64,000 bases of DNA from Floridaenema evergladense BLCC-F167 (GTDB taxonomy: Bacteria > Cyanobacteriota > Cyanobacteriia > Cyanobacteriales > Aerosakkonemataceae). Under the pieces are notes generated by a model. That model had not been told where the DNA came from, did no database searches, and worked only from the letters and a program-made list of their open reading frames with translations. Made by a program: the position numbers and the translations under genes. Location of the stretch: NCBI RefSeq assembly GCF_041929205.1, contig NZ_JBHFNT010000303.1. One strand, written 5' to 3'. This document shows, piece by piece, positions 18,343 through 27,268 of the stretch (positions within the stretch are counted from its first letter, which is position 1; the number at the start of each line of letters is the position of its first letter).

Positions 18343-20688
18343 ATGCTCAAAAAGAATTCACCGCCTGTATCGTTGCGTTTACTGTTAACAATTCCCTTTG
18401 CCGGGGTAATTACCCTATCCGTTGGATTAACTGGTTGGATATCTTTTATTACTAGCAAGCAGACCATGAACGATTTGGTAGCACAGTTACTTCAACAAGC
18501 AACTCAACGTATCTGCGAACCCTTGGAGGACTTCGATACTTTCCCAATTGCCGACCTGATAGCTCAAGAAACCGGACAGTTGGTTTTGAATAATTTACAA
18601 ATTAGTCCTCACAGTCAAACTTTTATCCTGACTCGTTCTGGAAACATTATTGCCTACTCTACTTCTACTACAACATATCTTCCCAATTATTTAGCAACAA
18701 AAGAATCAATTGAGCGGGAAAATCTCATTAACTATTCAGTTCAATTTTTACTCAAACATTTCCTTAATCTAGCTGCTATTACCAAAAGCGAAACGCTGAC
18801 TTTTACTGCTAATGGTGATAAGTATTTACTTCAAGTGAAACCTTTTTTTGAGTCCGATGTTGGTAATGAGCACAATATAGATTGGTTAATTGTGGCTGTC
18901 GTCCCGGAAACTGATTTTATCAACCAGGTAAACGCCAACACTCGCGTCATGTTGGGTCTTTGTTTTCTGGCATTAATTCTCTCTATTTCGCTCCTTTTAT
19001 TGATTTCTTGGCGAATTGAACTCAAACTACAGCGATTAATTGCTGCTACCCAAGCGATTGCTGCTGGAAACCTCAACCAACAGGTACTCGGAAGTAATGT
19101 AGTCGAACTCGAATACCTGGCTCTTGCTTTCAATCAGATGAGCCAACAATTACAAAAGTATCATTCTCAATCCGAACACTACTCTCGGATTCTCCAACTG
19201 AGAGTCGAATCTAAAACTCGCCAACTCAAACTGAAAAATCGGGAACTCAAAAAAGCAAAAAAGGCAGCTGAAGCCGCTAATCATGCGAAAACTTCGTTTC
19301 TGGCTAATATGAGTCACGAATTGCGAACTCCGCTCAATGCCATTCTTGGCTTTACTCAACAGATGGCTCGTCACCAACAAACGACTCCCGCTCAACAGTT
19401 GAGTTTAAATATTATCAATCGCAATGGCTCTCATTTATTGAAACTTATTAATAACATTTTGTCTCTTTCTAAAATTGAAGCGGGTGAAATGAAGCTGGAT
19501 GAAACCGCCTTTGACTTCTATGCTTTACTCGATGATATTGAGCAGATGTTGTTGGTTAAAGCTCAGGCTAAAGGTTTGCAATTAAATTTTGACCGTTCGG
19601 AAAAAGTCCCGCAATATATCCGCACTGACGAAAGTAAATTACGCCAGGTTTTAATTAATCTTTTAGAAAATGCGATTAAGTTTACTCCTTCCGGTAGCGT
19701 CACGCTTCAAGTTAAAGTGACTGACCGTTTACCTCCTTCTCCCCACCAGCATTCATTAACAGCTAAAGCTTTACTTTTTTGGATTAGCGATACAGGTTTC
19801 GGTATTGCTAAGGAAGAATTGGGGTCTTTATTTAAACCTTTTGTCCAAACCCAAACGGGTAGGCGTTCTCAAACTGGAACTGGATTGGGATTGCCGATTA
19901 GTCGTCAATTTATTAAGTTGATGAGAGGTGATATTCGAGTGAAAAGCAAATTAGGAACAGGAACCACTTTTCGGTTTTATATTCGAGTTGGTTTGGCTGA
20001 TGCTTGGGAAGTGGACAATCACCTCTCATCTCCTAGAGTTATTGGTTTAGCTCCCAACCAACAAAAGTACCGCATCTTGGTTGTTGATGACCAATGGGAA
20101 AATCGTTTGCTTTTAAGTGAGTGTTGTCAGGAAGTGGGTTTTCAAGTTTGGCAAGCATCTAACGGCAGGGAGGCCATTGAGTTGTGGCAGCAATACCAAC
20201 CACACTTGATTTGGATGGATATTCGGATGCCGATAATGGATGGTTATCAAGCAACTCAATTCATCAGAAAACAGCCAAATGGCGAACAGACGGTGATTAT
20301 TGCTTTGACGGCTAGCGTCTTTGATGTGAAGCGGGAACAAGCTTTTGATGTCGGTTGCAATGACTTTGTAGCTAAACCTTGTCCAGAGGCGGTGATTTTT
20401 GAAAAGATGGCACTTCATTTGGGTGTTCGCTACCTCTACGAAACTCAATCTTCCCATCTCCAGCATCAGTTAGTTCCACAAATCACTCCTGAATCGCTTT
20501 CTGTGTTGCCTCAAGGATTGCTCGTTCAACTTCACCAAGCAGCGGAGCTTGGCGATGACCAAACAGCTAAACAACTTATTGAGCAGATTCCAGAGTTTCA
20601 CAATCTACTCAAAATTACACTGGCGCAACTGGTGGAAGAACTGCGATTGGATACTATTAGCGACCTGACTAAATTTTCTGTTGAATGA
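18343..20688 (+). CDS. hybrid sensor histidine kinase / response regulator
   Basis: Domain order is TM, HAMP-like, H-box ANMSHELRTPLNAILGF, G-boxes GTGLGLPISRQFIKLMRGDIRVKSKLGTGTTF, then REC (ILVVDDQWENRLLL...DIRMPIMDGYQAT...ALTAS). Confidence 0.85.
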   Translation: MLKKNSPPVSLRLLLTIPFAGVITLSVGLTGWISFITSKQTMNDLVAQLLQQATQRICEPLEDFDTFPIADLIAQETGQLVLNNLQISPHSQTFILTRSGNIIAYSTSTTTYLPNYLATKESIERENLINYSVQFLLKHFLNLAAITKSETLTFTANGDKYLLQVKPFFESDVGNEHNIDWLIVAVVPETDFINQVNANTRVMLGLCFLALILSISLLLLISWRIELKLQRLIAATQAIAAGNLNQQVLGSNVVELEYLALAFNQMSQQLQKYHSQSEHYSRILQLRVESKTRQLKLKNRELKKAKKAAEAANHAKTSFLANMSHELRTPLNAILGFTQQMARHQQTTPAQQLSLNIINRNGSHLLKLINNILSLSKIEAGEMKLDETAFDFYALLDDIEQMLLVKAQAKGLQLNFDRSEKVPQYIRTDESKLRQVLINLLENAIKFTPSGSVTLQVKVTDRLPPSPHQHSLTAKALLFWISDTGFGIAKEELGSLFKPFVQTQTGRRSQTGTGLGLPISRQFIKLMRGDIRVKSKLGTGTTFRFYIRVGLADAWEVDNHLSSPRVIGLAPNQQKYRILVVDDQWENRLLLSECCQEVGFQVWQASNGREAIELWQQYQPHLIWMDIRMPIMDGYQATQFIRKQPNGEQTVIIALTASVFDVKREQAFDVGCNDFVAKPCPEAVIFEKMALHLGVRYLYETQSSHLQHQLVPQITPESLSVLPQGLLVQLHQAAELGDDQTAKQLIEQIPEFHNLLKITLAQLVEELRLDTISDLTKFSVE

Positions 20689-20713
20689 CTCACCGGGTTA
20701 AAAACAAAGTTAT

Positions 20714-21511
20714 TCACATTTGAGCGTCTGTTTTTTTTCTGGGATTGAGAACAGTATCGATCGCTTTATCAATTAATTCAATCGATTCCTCACCTGGGTA
20801 ACTAGATACGGGGATTTTTCTGTTGGTTAATTTAGGTGGTTTAGTGCCATGTTTTTCTGTATAGTAGCCATCAGCGAAACTTTGGATTAGCTGGATTTGG
20901 TCTGGGTTACTTTTAATGCCCTTTTCTTTTAATCTTTCTGCTACCGTCCAAGCTTTCTTTGTTTTAGTATTAGCTTTATTGTTAGTTTGATTATTAGCTT
21001 CAGTTTCTGGTGATGAACCATTTATTCCTTGGGCAACATCGACTAAATTATCTGGTTGTCTAAAGTAATCTTCTAAAATTGGAATAACTGAACGATACCA
21101 CTTTAACTGTGACCCCTGCCATTTATTAGTTTTAGAAGTCGCCAGCAAACTAATACCGTGTTCAGAACCTGCTTCCGTGAGTATCCAAATCCGCTTTTCA
21201 TTGTTTCTTTCTTGGTATCCCAGCTTAACTAATGCCGTGTTTACTTGTTCCGGCTTAATTTTAACGGTTAAGTTTTCTGTTAATAGCGCCGCTAGTTCTG
21301 TAACACTCATTCCTTCTTCTGGTAGCGAGTGAGTTGCACCAATCAAAGATTTTGCTAATTCTGCTATTTCTTTGAGTTCTGGGTAAATAGCGGCTAAAGC
21401 ATTGAATTTGAATTGAGCAATTGCGGCATTACTCAGTCCGGTATTTTCTAGCCAATTAGATAGTTGGTCGATAGTTTGGATGGCTGTTGCCACCTGTTCG
21501 GGAGAAGGCAT
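20714..21511 (-). CDS. hypothetical protein (265 aa)
   Basis: Clean ORF. No motif recognised. A central N/T/K-rich linker is present. Confidence 0.3.
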   Translation of the reverse strand: MPSPEQVATAIQTIDQLSNWLENTGLSNAAIAQFKFNALAAIYPELKEIAELAKSLIGATHSLPEEGMSVTELAALLTENLTVKIKPEQVNTALVKLGYQERNNEKRIWILTEAGSEHGISLLATSKTNKWQGSQLKWYRSVIPILEDYFRQPDNLVDVAQGINGSSPETEANNQTNNKANTKTKKAWTVAERLKEKGIKSNPDQIQLIQSFADGYYTEKHGTKPPKLTNRKIPVSSYPGEESIELIDKAIDTVLNPRKKTDAQM

Positions 21512-21599
21512 GAGACAATAAAAAGCTTTTCCCTTAGATTACGCTCTTGACGCGATTATAGTCCAGCCTGCAAATGAAAAACTTATGTTTTTGCTTTTT

Positions 21600-22349
21600 T
21601 CAAAAATTCCCTAGTTCGTGAAATTGGCTAGAATCCCAATAAGCATCTATATCTGCAATTTGATTTTGCTCAATTTTAACTCCTTCTGCTAATAGCGATC
21701 GCTCTTGCTCTATTACATATTCCCATAACAAACGACCATCGGCTCTCACAATCCGGTGAATTGGTAATTGAGAATTGGCTTTTTTCAGGAAGGTTGGAAT
21801 AGCACGAGCATAAGCTTTAGATACTCCCATTGCCATCAATAAGTCAGTAGTTTTTACAACTTTCCCAGGTGGAATTCGTTGTACGAACTCAGCAAATCGT
21901 CCTTTTGCTTCATCAGGAAGAGGTTTAAATTGATAAGGTGCTAATGTTATTTCATCCCCCGCTAAAACTTGTCCATCTCTAATAATCATCCCCAAAAAAC
22001 CTCGTTTCCCTTTAATTCTTTTGGTTAAACCTGGTTTAAGTTCGTTTAAATAACTACAAGGTTCGCAAGGCAAAGTTAATCGAATCAGAGCTAATGAGCC
22101 TACTTGTAAAACTGTGCCCGATGAGAATTGTTCTATCGGAGTATCAACTAAAAGATTTTCTTTTAACTCACCTGGCTTTAAACCAAATTCAGTTAGAGTT
22201 GAGGTACTCGCAATTAACACTTGACGTGGGTTTCCAGGTAACGCATTTACATCACCTGAAATTCCATATCCCCTTTGCAGGTTTAGTATTTGGCTCTCTT
22301 GCACTCTGACACCAGGCTTATCTTTGATAAAGAGTTTAACTACTTTCAT
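21600..22349 (-). CDS. MOSC-domain protein fused to an alkyltransferase-like (MGMT DNA-binding-like, Cys-less) domain
   Basis: Start chosen at MKVVKLF, just downstream of the rarA stop; the ORF track's upstream M overlaps rarA. The MOSC core is GYGISGDVNALPGNPRQVLI...GENLLVD...LPCEPCSYL. The C-terminus ...GVSKAYARAIPTFLKKANSQLPIHRIVRADGRL matches the MGMT/ATL helix-turn-helix plus PCHRV loop, with Ile in place of the catalytic Cys. Confidence 0.55.
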   Translation of the reverse strand: MKVVKLFIKDKPGVRVQESQILNLQRGYGISGDVNALPGNPRQVLIASTSTLTEFGLKPGELKENLLVDTPIEQFSSGTVLQVGSLALIRLTLPCEPCSYLNELKPGLTKRIKGKRGFLGMIIRDGQVLAGDEITLAPYQFKPLPDEAKGRFAEFVQRIPPGKVVKTTDLLMAMGVSKAYARAIPTFLKKANSQLPIHRIVRADGRLLWEYVIEQERSLLAEGVKIEQNQIADIDAYWDSSQFHELGNF

Positions 22350-22365
22350 AGAGACATTATTATGC

Positions 22366-24585
22366 TTACAAGCTGGCTTTAACAAAAACAACAGTTGTTG
22401 ACCAAGGTAATGTTTTGTGGAGTAAGTAGCGGGTGAATAACTCTTGTATTTTCCCAACTTCTTTTTGAGATAGAGTTTGAGCTAAACGTTCTGCTAATGT
22501 AGGGCGAGAGGAATTAGAGTTAACAAACCAGCGTTCTAGTAAACTCGGTGTAATATGCAAATTCGTTTGCAGATGTTCGGGAAAAATTTCTCCCGTTAAA
22601 CCAAGCGACAAAAAAGCTTTCTGCAAATCTTCCACATCCCAATTGACCATTGAATCTAAGGGGTCTGCATAAATACTTTCTTCTGCCATTACCAACCTTT
22701 CGTACAAAGAAGGCTCAAACTGTTTCGGGTCTAGCCAACGATAAAGACGTTGCGTATGACGCGGTACGCTTTCTGCTAACACTAAAACACCTGATTTTGG
22801 TAGTAATTTAGCTATTTTTTGTACGGCAGCAGTTTTGTCTGGTTCTTGTGTTAGTACGTTGCGTCCGATGATGTAGTTAAACTCTACATTGGCAGCTTCG
22901 GCTGTTAGGACATTTGGTAATTCTGCTAAAGTCGATGTCAGCACAAATGGACGCATTAATTCTGGTAGCGCTACTGCAAGTTCTTCTAATGCTGAGGCTT
23001 CTTTATCAGTGCGAACGCAAGCATAAACACCGCCTTCCGGTACTTGGCGGACGGCTTCCCAGGTAAGTAATCCACTACCTGCATTGAGATCCAGTATTAT
23101 ATGATGTCGCTGGAGTTGAACTAAACTAAAAATGCGCTCGCGTACTTTTTCTAATTGCTCTCCAACTTGAGACAAAGTACGCTGCAACCAGCGTTCGGTT
23201 GCTTTATCAGTTGTCCCATAAGTCAACACTTCTGCTGGTGCGATTCCCATACCTTCTAAGGAAGCAGCTAATTGTGCTTCTCGACGACGTGCAACAGCCT
23301 TCTCAATTCCACCTTCAAATCCTTGAAGTGAAGGTTGATAAAATACTTGTCCTTGCAAGCTGGCGGGTAAATATTGTTGAGCTACCCAATGGTCGCGGTA
23401 AGCGTGAGGATATAAATAACCCGCACCATGTCCAAATCCTTTTTTATCCCGATTAGCATCTTTCAAATGGTTGGGTACTTCTGCTTCTTTTTCCTTTTCT
23501 ACTACAGATAAAGCATCGAAAAATCCCATCACGCTATTTGATTTGGCTGTATTTGCTAAATATAAAGTGGCTTGCGCTAAATGATAGCGTCCTTCTGGCA
23601 TTCCTACGCGGTCAAACGCTTCGGCACAAGCATTCACTACTACTACGGCGTTGGGGTCAGCTAGTCCTATATCTTCGCTGGCTAGTATCAACATTCGCCG
23701 AAAGATGAAACGGGGGTCTTCTCCGGCATAAACCATTTTGGCTAACCAATACAATGCGGCATCTGGGTCAGAGCCGCGTAAGCTTTTTATAAATGCACTG
23801 ATGGTATCAAAGTGTGCATCGCCTTCTTTATCGTAGAGGACTGCTCTTTGCTGGATTGATTCTTCTGCTACTGCTAAGGTAATTTGAATAGTTCCTTCTT
23901 TATCTGGTGGTGTAGTTTCTACTGCTAGTTCTAAAGCGTTGAGTAGAGAACGAGCATCGCCATTGGCAACATTTACTAAATGTTCTATAGCATCGGGTTC
24001 TAGCTTTATTTTTAGTTTGCCATAGCCGCGTTCAGAATCATTGAGCGTTTGCTCGATAATACGGTGTAAATCTTCATCGTCGAGCAGTTTGAGTTGAAAA
24101 ATTCGCGAACGGCTAACTAGTGCTTTGTTGACTTCAAAGTAGGGATTTTCGGTAGTAGCGCCAATCAGGATAACTGTACCGTTTTCTACCCAGGGCAGTA
24201 ATGCGTCTTGTTGGGATTTGTTAAAACGGTGTACTTCATCGACAAATAGAATAGTGCGTTGGGAGTGCTTTTTTTGTTTTTCTTGGGCTGTGGAAATCGC
24301 ATCTCTAATTTCTTTGACTCCCGAAAGTACGGCGTTGATGGCAATAAAGTGAGCTTTGGTGGTATTGGCGATGATGCGAGCTAATGTAGTTTTGCCCGTA
24401 CCAGGTGGGCCTGAGAAGATGATTGATGATAGTTGGTCGGCAAGAATTGCACGGCGCAATAAGCGTCCTGGGCTAATGATGTGGTCTTGACCGATAAATT
24501 CATCCAGAGTGCGCGGTCGCATTCTGGCTGCTAGGGGTGCTTCGGTTAAAGCAAACTGCGGTTGATTTTGAGCCAAAGAGTCCAT
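22366..24585 (-). CDS. rarA: replication-associated recombination protein A (RarA/MgsA AAA+ ATPase) with C-terminal methyltransferase-like extension
   Basis: Walker A GPPGTGKTTLARIIA and Walker B ILFVDEVHRFNKSQQDALLP, with the RarA lid/tetramerisation region. An extra ~300 aa C-terminus carries a Rossmann motif-I-like ILDLNAGSGLLT plus NYIIGRNVL. Confidence 0.8.
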   Translation of the reverse strand: MDSLAQNQPQFALTEAPLAARMRPRTLDEFIGQDHIISPGRLLRRAILADQLSSIIFSGPPGTGKTTLARIIANTTKAHFIAINAVLSGVKEIRDAISTAQEKQKKHSQRTILFVDEVHRFNKSQQDALLPWVENGTVILIGATTENPYFEVNKALVSRSRIFQLKLLDDEDLHRIIEQTLNDSERGYGKLKIKLEPDAIEHLVNVANGDARSLLNALELAVETTPPDKEGTIQITLAVAEESIQQRAVLYDKEGDAHFDTISAFIKSLRGSDPDAALYWLAKMVYAGEDPRFIFRRMLILASEDIGLADPNAVVVVNACAEAFDRVGMPEGRYHLAQATLYLANTAKSNSVMGFFDALSVVEKEKEAEVPNHLKDANRDKKGFGHGAGYLYPHAYRDHWVAQQYLPASLQGQVFYQPSLQGFEGGIEKAVARRREAQLAASLEGMGIAPAEVLTYGTTDKATERWLQRTLSQVGEQLEKVRERIFSLVQLQRHHIILDLNAGSGLLTWEAVRQVPEGGVYACVRTDKEASALEELAVALPELMRPFVLTSTLAELPNVLTAEAANVEFNYIIGRNVLTQEPDKTAAVQKIAKLLPKSGVLVLAESVPRHTQRLYRWLDPKQFEPSLYERLVMAEESIYADPLDSMVNWDVEDLQKAFLSLGLTGEIFPEHLQTNLHITPSLLERWFVNSNSSRPTLAERLAQTLSQKEVGKIQELFTRYLLHKTLPWSTTVVFVKASL

Positions 24586-24659
24586 TGCTTTATGGTAGCT
24601 ATTTTCTTGGGATGTTCACTCCCTATCAAACAGTTAAACTTTGTGCAAAACCGTTTACT

Positions 24660-25787
24660 TTATTGTGCTGACAGCTTCGATTCAATTTCATTTAACTTGG
24701 AAGCAAGAGCAACTTTCAGTGCTTCCAACTCTTGTTGTTCCATATTATCAAGTGCTATTTCTCGCACTTGCCGAATCATACCTGTAGCACGAGATGGCGT
24801 TTGTTCTTTCGCTTGTTCTTTTAGATAACTGCTAATTTCTGATGAAACTAATGCCCTAGTTTTAGCCACAGATAATTTTTCTTGTAAAATTCGCTTAACT
24901 AACTTGGCTCTAACTTTTTTAGCCTCTGCTTCCTTTATTCCTAACGCTTTGGCATTACAACGCTGCACGGCAATTGCCTGTATTCCCCCCAGTCCTTGAG
25001 TACGAATAGCTTGCTTTAAATCTGCTGCTAATCCCAGCATAGGAAAAATATTGGTATTAATGGAAGCTGGGTTTAATTGCAAAGATAGTAATACGCTAAG
25101 TACGCTCTTTTCTGATGAGTTGAGTTCTAATTCGGCTAAAACTTCTTGTTGTGACTCTGGGCTAACTACTACTATTTCACTAATTTGATTAGTTTTTCCC
25201 TGCCTTTCTAGCCGTCGGACTGCGGTTCTTAAAATGCGAGGAATATCTTGCTCGTTTAAATTACTTGTCTGAGCTATTTCTTTGATTAGCGCTTCTGCCA
25301 TATCTAGCGGATTTAAGTTTTCCCGATGCAAGTTGGCGAGGAGAACGCGACGGTGCAACGCTTCGGGACAAGGGATAATTACTGCTTTTATCGTACCCCA
25401 CTGCAATTGCAAAGCCGCACGCCAACGTCGTTCTCCATCAAATAGTAGATACCGTCCATCTGGTTGTTCTATGAGGATAATTGGTTCCTGCTGTCCATCG
25501 CTAGCTAGGGAAACCATCATCCCGTTAATGCTTTCCGGTGAAAATGTCTGTCTTGGTTGGTCTGGGTTAGGATCTATCTGCTCCACTGATATGTCTATTA
25601 CACCCCCTGATGTGAGAGTTGAACGCAATTCTTGCACTTTGGTTTCAACTTGTTGAGAGTCAACGGAACGCAATTGCTCTATTTCGGCTTGCAGTTCGGT
25701 TATTTTAGTTTCTAAGGCGTGGACTTCTTGAGAGTATTCCGCACCAGAGAACAGATTGGATAGGTCTATTTGTGGTTTTTTACTCAT
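24660..25787 (-). CDS. parB: ParB/Spo0J-family partition protein
   Basis: ParB N-domain with ...EPIILIEQPDGRYLLFDGERRWRAALQL.... Its start overlaps the parA stop (ATGA). Confidence 0.8.
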   Translation of the reverse strand: MSKKPQIDLSNLFSGAEYSQEVHALETKITELQAEIEQLRSVDSQQVETKVQELRSTLTSGGVIDISVEQIDPNPDQPRQTFSPESINGMMVSLASDGQQEPIILIEQPDGRYLLFDGERRWRAALQLQWGTIKAVIIPCPEALHRRVLLANLHRENLNPLDMAEALIKEIAQTSNLNEQDIPRILRTAVRRLERQGKTNQISEIVVVSPESQQEVLAELELNSSEKSVLSVLLSLQLNPASINTNIFPMLGLAADLKQAIRTQGLGGIQAIAVQRCNAKALGIKEAEAKKVRAKLVKRILQEKLSVAKTRALVSSEISSYLKEQAKEQTPSRATGMIRQVREIALDNMEQQELEALKVALASKLNEIESKLSAQ

Positions 25788-26586
25788 GTTTAGTCTTCGA
25801 TTTCTTGAGCAGTTGAGTAATTTTGGTGACTATTGGGGTGAAGTCTTTACAGGCTGGATGTAAAGGACGATAAAGGTGAATTGGTAATCCTAGTGCAGAG
25901 GCATTCTTGAATTCTGATGAGAAACGGATTGGTTGGAAGCAGTGAATGGATAGTTTGGATAGTTGTGGTTCTAGGGAAGCTAAGATGTTGCGGTGAATGG
26001 CGATCGTCTTGTCGTATTGATTAGGTACAAATCCGAGGATCTGCGGTTCTGGTTTGAGTCTCAGGCGACGAGAGTTGTGGTAAAACCATTCTATGAGTTT
26101 GCCCGACCCATCTGCTGATTTTGGTTCTACTTGTATCGGAACTAGTAAATGTGTACAAGCGGAAAGGGCGATTAAAGGTAATGGCCCTAATGTGGCAGGA
26201 CAGTCGAAAATGAGAATGTCTTGAGGTAATGGATAATCTAATAGGCGATCGCCAAGTAAATAAGCACCCCGTTCGTGCAACACTAGTTCGTTAATAGTCT
26301 TTACTAATCCCATTTCTCCTTGTACGGCTACTACGTTTTTTACCTGGTCTTGCCATAAGGGTGTAGTAGGCCAGTTTCCCTGGAAATCGTCTCGCAATAC
26401 AGCGGCAATAGTTTGGTCGGGATGAGGTCGGGGTAATCCTCCCATTAGGGAACAGGAACCTTGTGGGTCTAAGTCAACGAGCGCTACACTGAACCCAGCA
26501 TTGCCTAATAAGTAAGCCAGATGCACGGCTAGGGTAGTTTTCCCACTGCCACCCGCGTTGGAAAGGAGCGCTAGTCTGATTGCCAT
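25780..26586 (-). CDS. parA: ParA/Soj-family partition ATPase
   Basis: Deviant Walker A region LALLSNAGGSGKTTLAVHLA...VDLDPQGS. The signature Lys is replaced (NAGG instead of KGG). Typical ParA length. Confidence 0.75.
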   Translation of the reverse strand: MAIRLALLSNAGGSGKTTLAVHLAYLLGNAGFSVALVDLDPQGSCSLMGGLPRPHPDQTIAAVLRDDFQGNWPTTPLWQDQVKNVVAVQGEMGLVKTINELVLHERGAYLLGDRLLDYPLPQDILIFDCPATLGPLPLIALSACTHLLVPIQVEPKSADGSGKLIEWFYHNSRRLRLKPEPQILGFVPNQYDKTIAIHRNILASLEPQLSKLSIHCFQPIRFSSEFKNASALGLPIHLYRPLHPACKDFTPIVTKITQLLKKSKTKHE

Positions 26587-26667
26587 ATACTAACACCACG
26601 ATTAACTTTGTTAGTTTAACATCAGCGTGGAATAATGTTATCCCACAATTAAGTTTTTGACCTTTTT

Positions 26668-27255
26668 TTAACCAGGAGAAACTATTGCTTTTACCTGAGC
26701 GACAGAATTTTGTTGTAATGCACGAACAGCGAGATCCTCACAAGCAGCTACACTTAATTGGGAAATCGCCTGTTTAATTACCGGGATAGCTGGAGGATTA
26801 ACACTCAACTTATCGATTCCCAAACCTAACAAAATTGCTGTAGCGGCAGGCTCGGCAGCTAGTTCACCACATAAACTCACCCAGATTCCCGCCCGATGAG
26901 CAGCTTGAACTGTTTGCTGCACCATGAGTAACACAGCTGGGTGCATCGCATCAGCCAAAGCAGCTACTTGTGGGTGAGTGCGATCGCTAGCCATCACATA
27001 CTGACTCAAATCATTAGTCCCAATACAAAAAAAGTCTACCTCCGCTGCTAAGCGCGAGGCAAGCACCACTGCTGAAGGTACTTCGATCATAATTCCCAAA
27101 GAAATCGTTCCCGCAACCGGAATATTCGGTTGACGCAGTTCCGACTGCACTTCCGAAAGGATTCCTTTGGCAGCTTTAACTTCCTCTAGAGGGGCAATTC
27201 CCATACTACGCCCATTCATGTTCACTCGTCTGCACAAATCTGCTATTTGTGACAA
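26668..27255 (-). pseudogene. C-terminal fragment of a PEP-utilizing enzyme (PtsI-like TIM-barrel domain), N-terminally truncated
   Basis: GIMIEVPSAVVLASRLAAEVDFFCIGTNDLSQYVMASDR...CGELAAEPAATAILLGLGID matches the Enzyme I C-terminal domain (FFSIGTNDLTQY). At 195 aa it is far shorter than a full ~570-aa enzyme, and no upstream domains are present. Confidence 0.5.
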
Positions 27256-27268
27256 ATCATATCCTTGC

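Noticed and set aside
22094-23456. Plus-strand ORFs 22094-22309 and 23199-23456.
   Set aside because: They lie inside the MOSC and rarA coding regions on the opposite strand.
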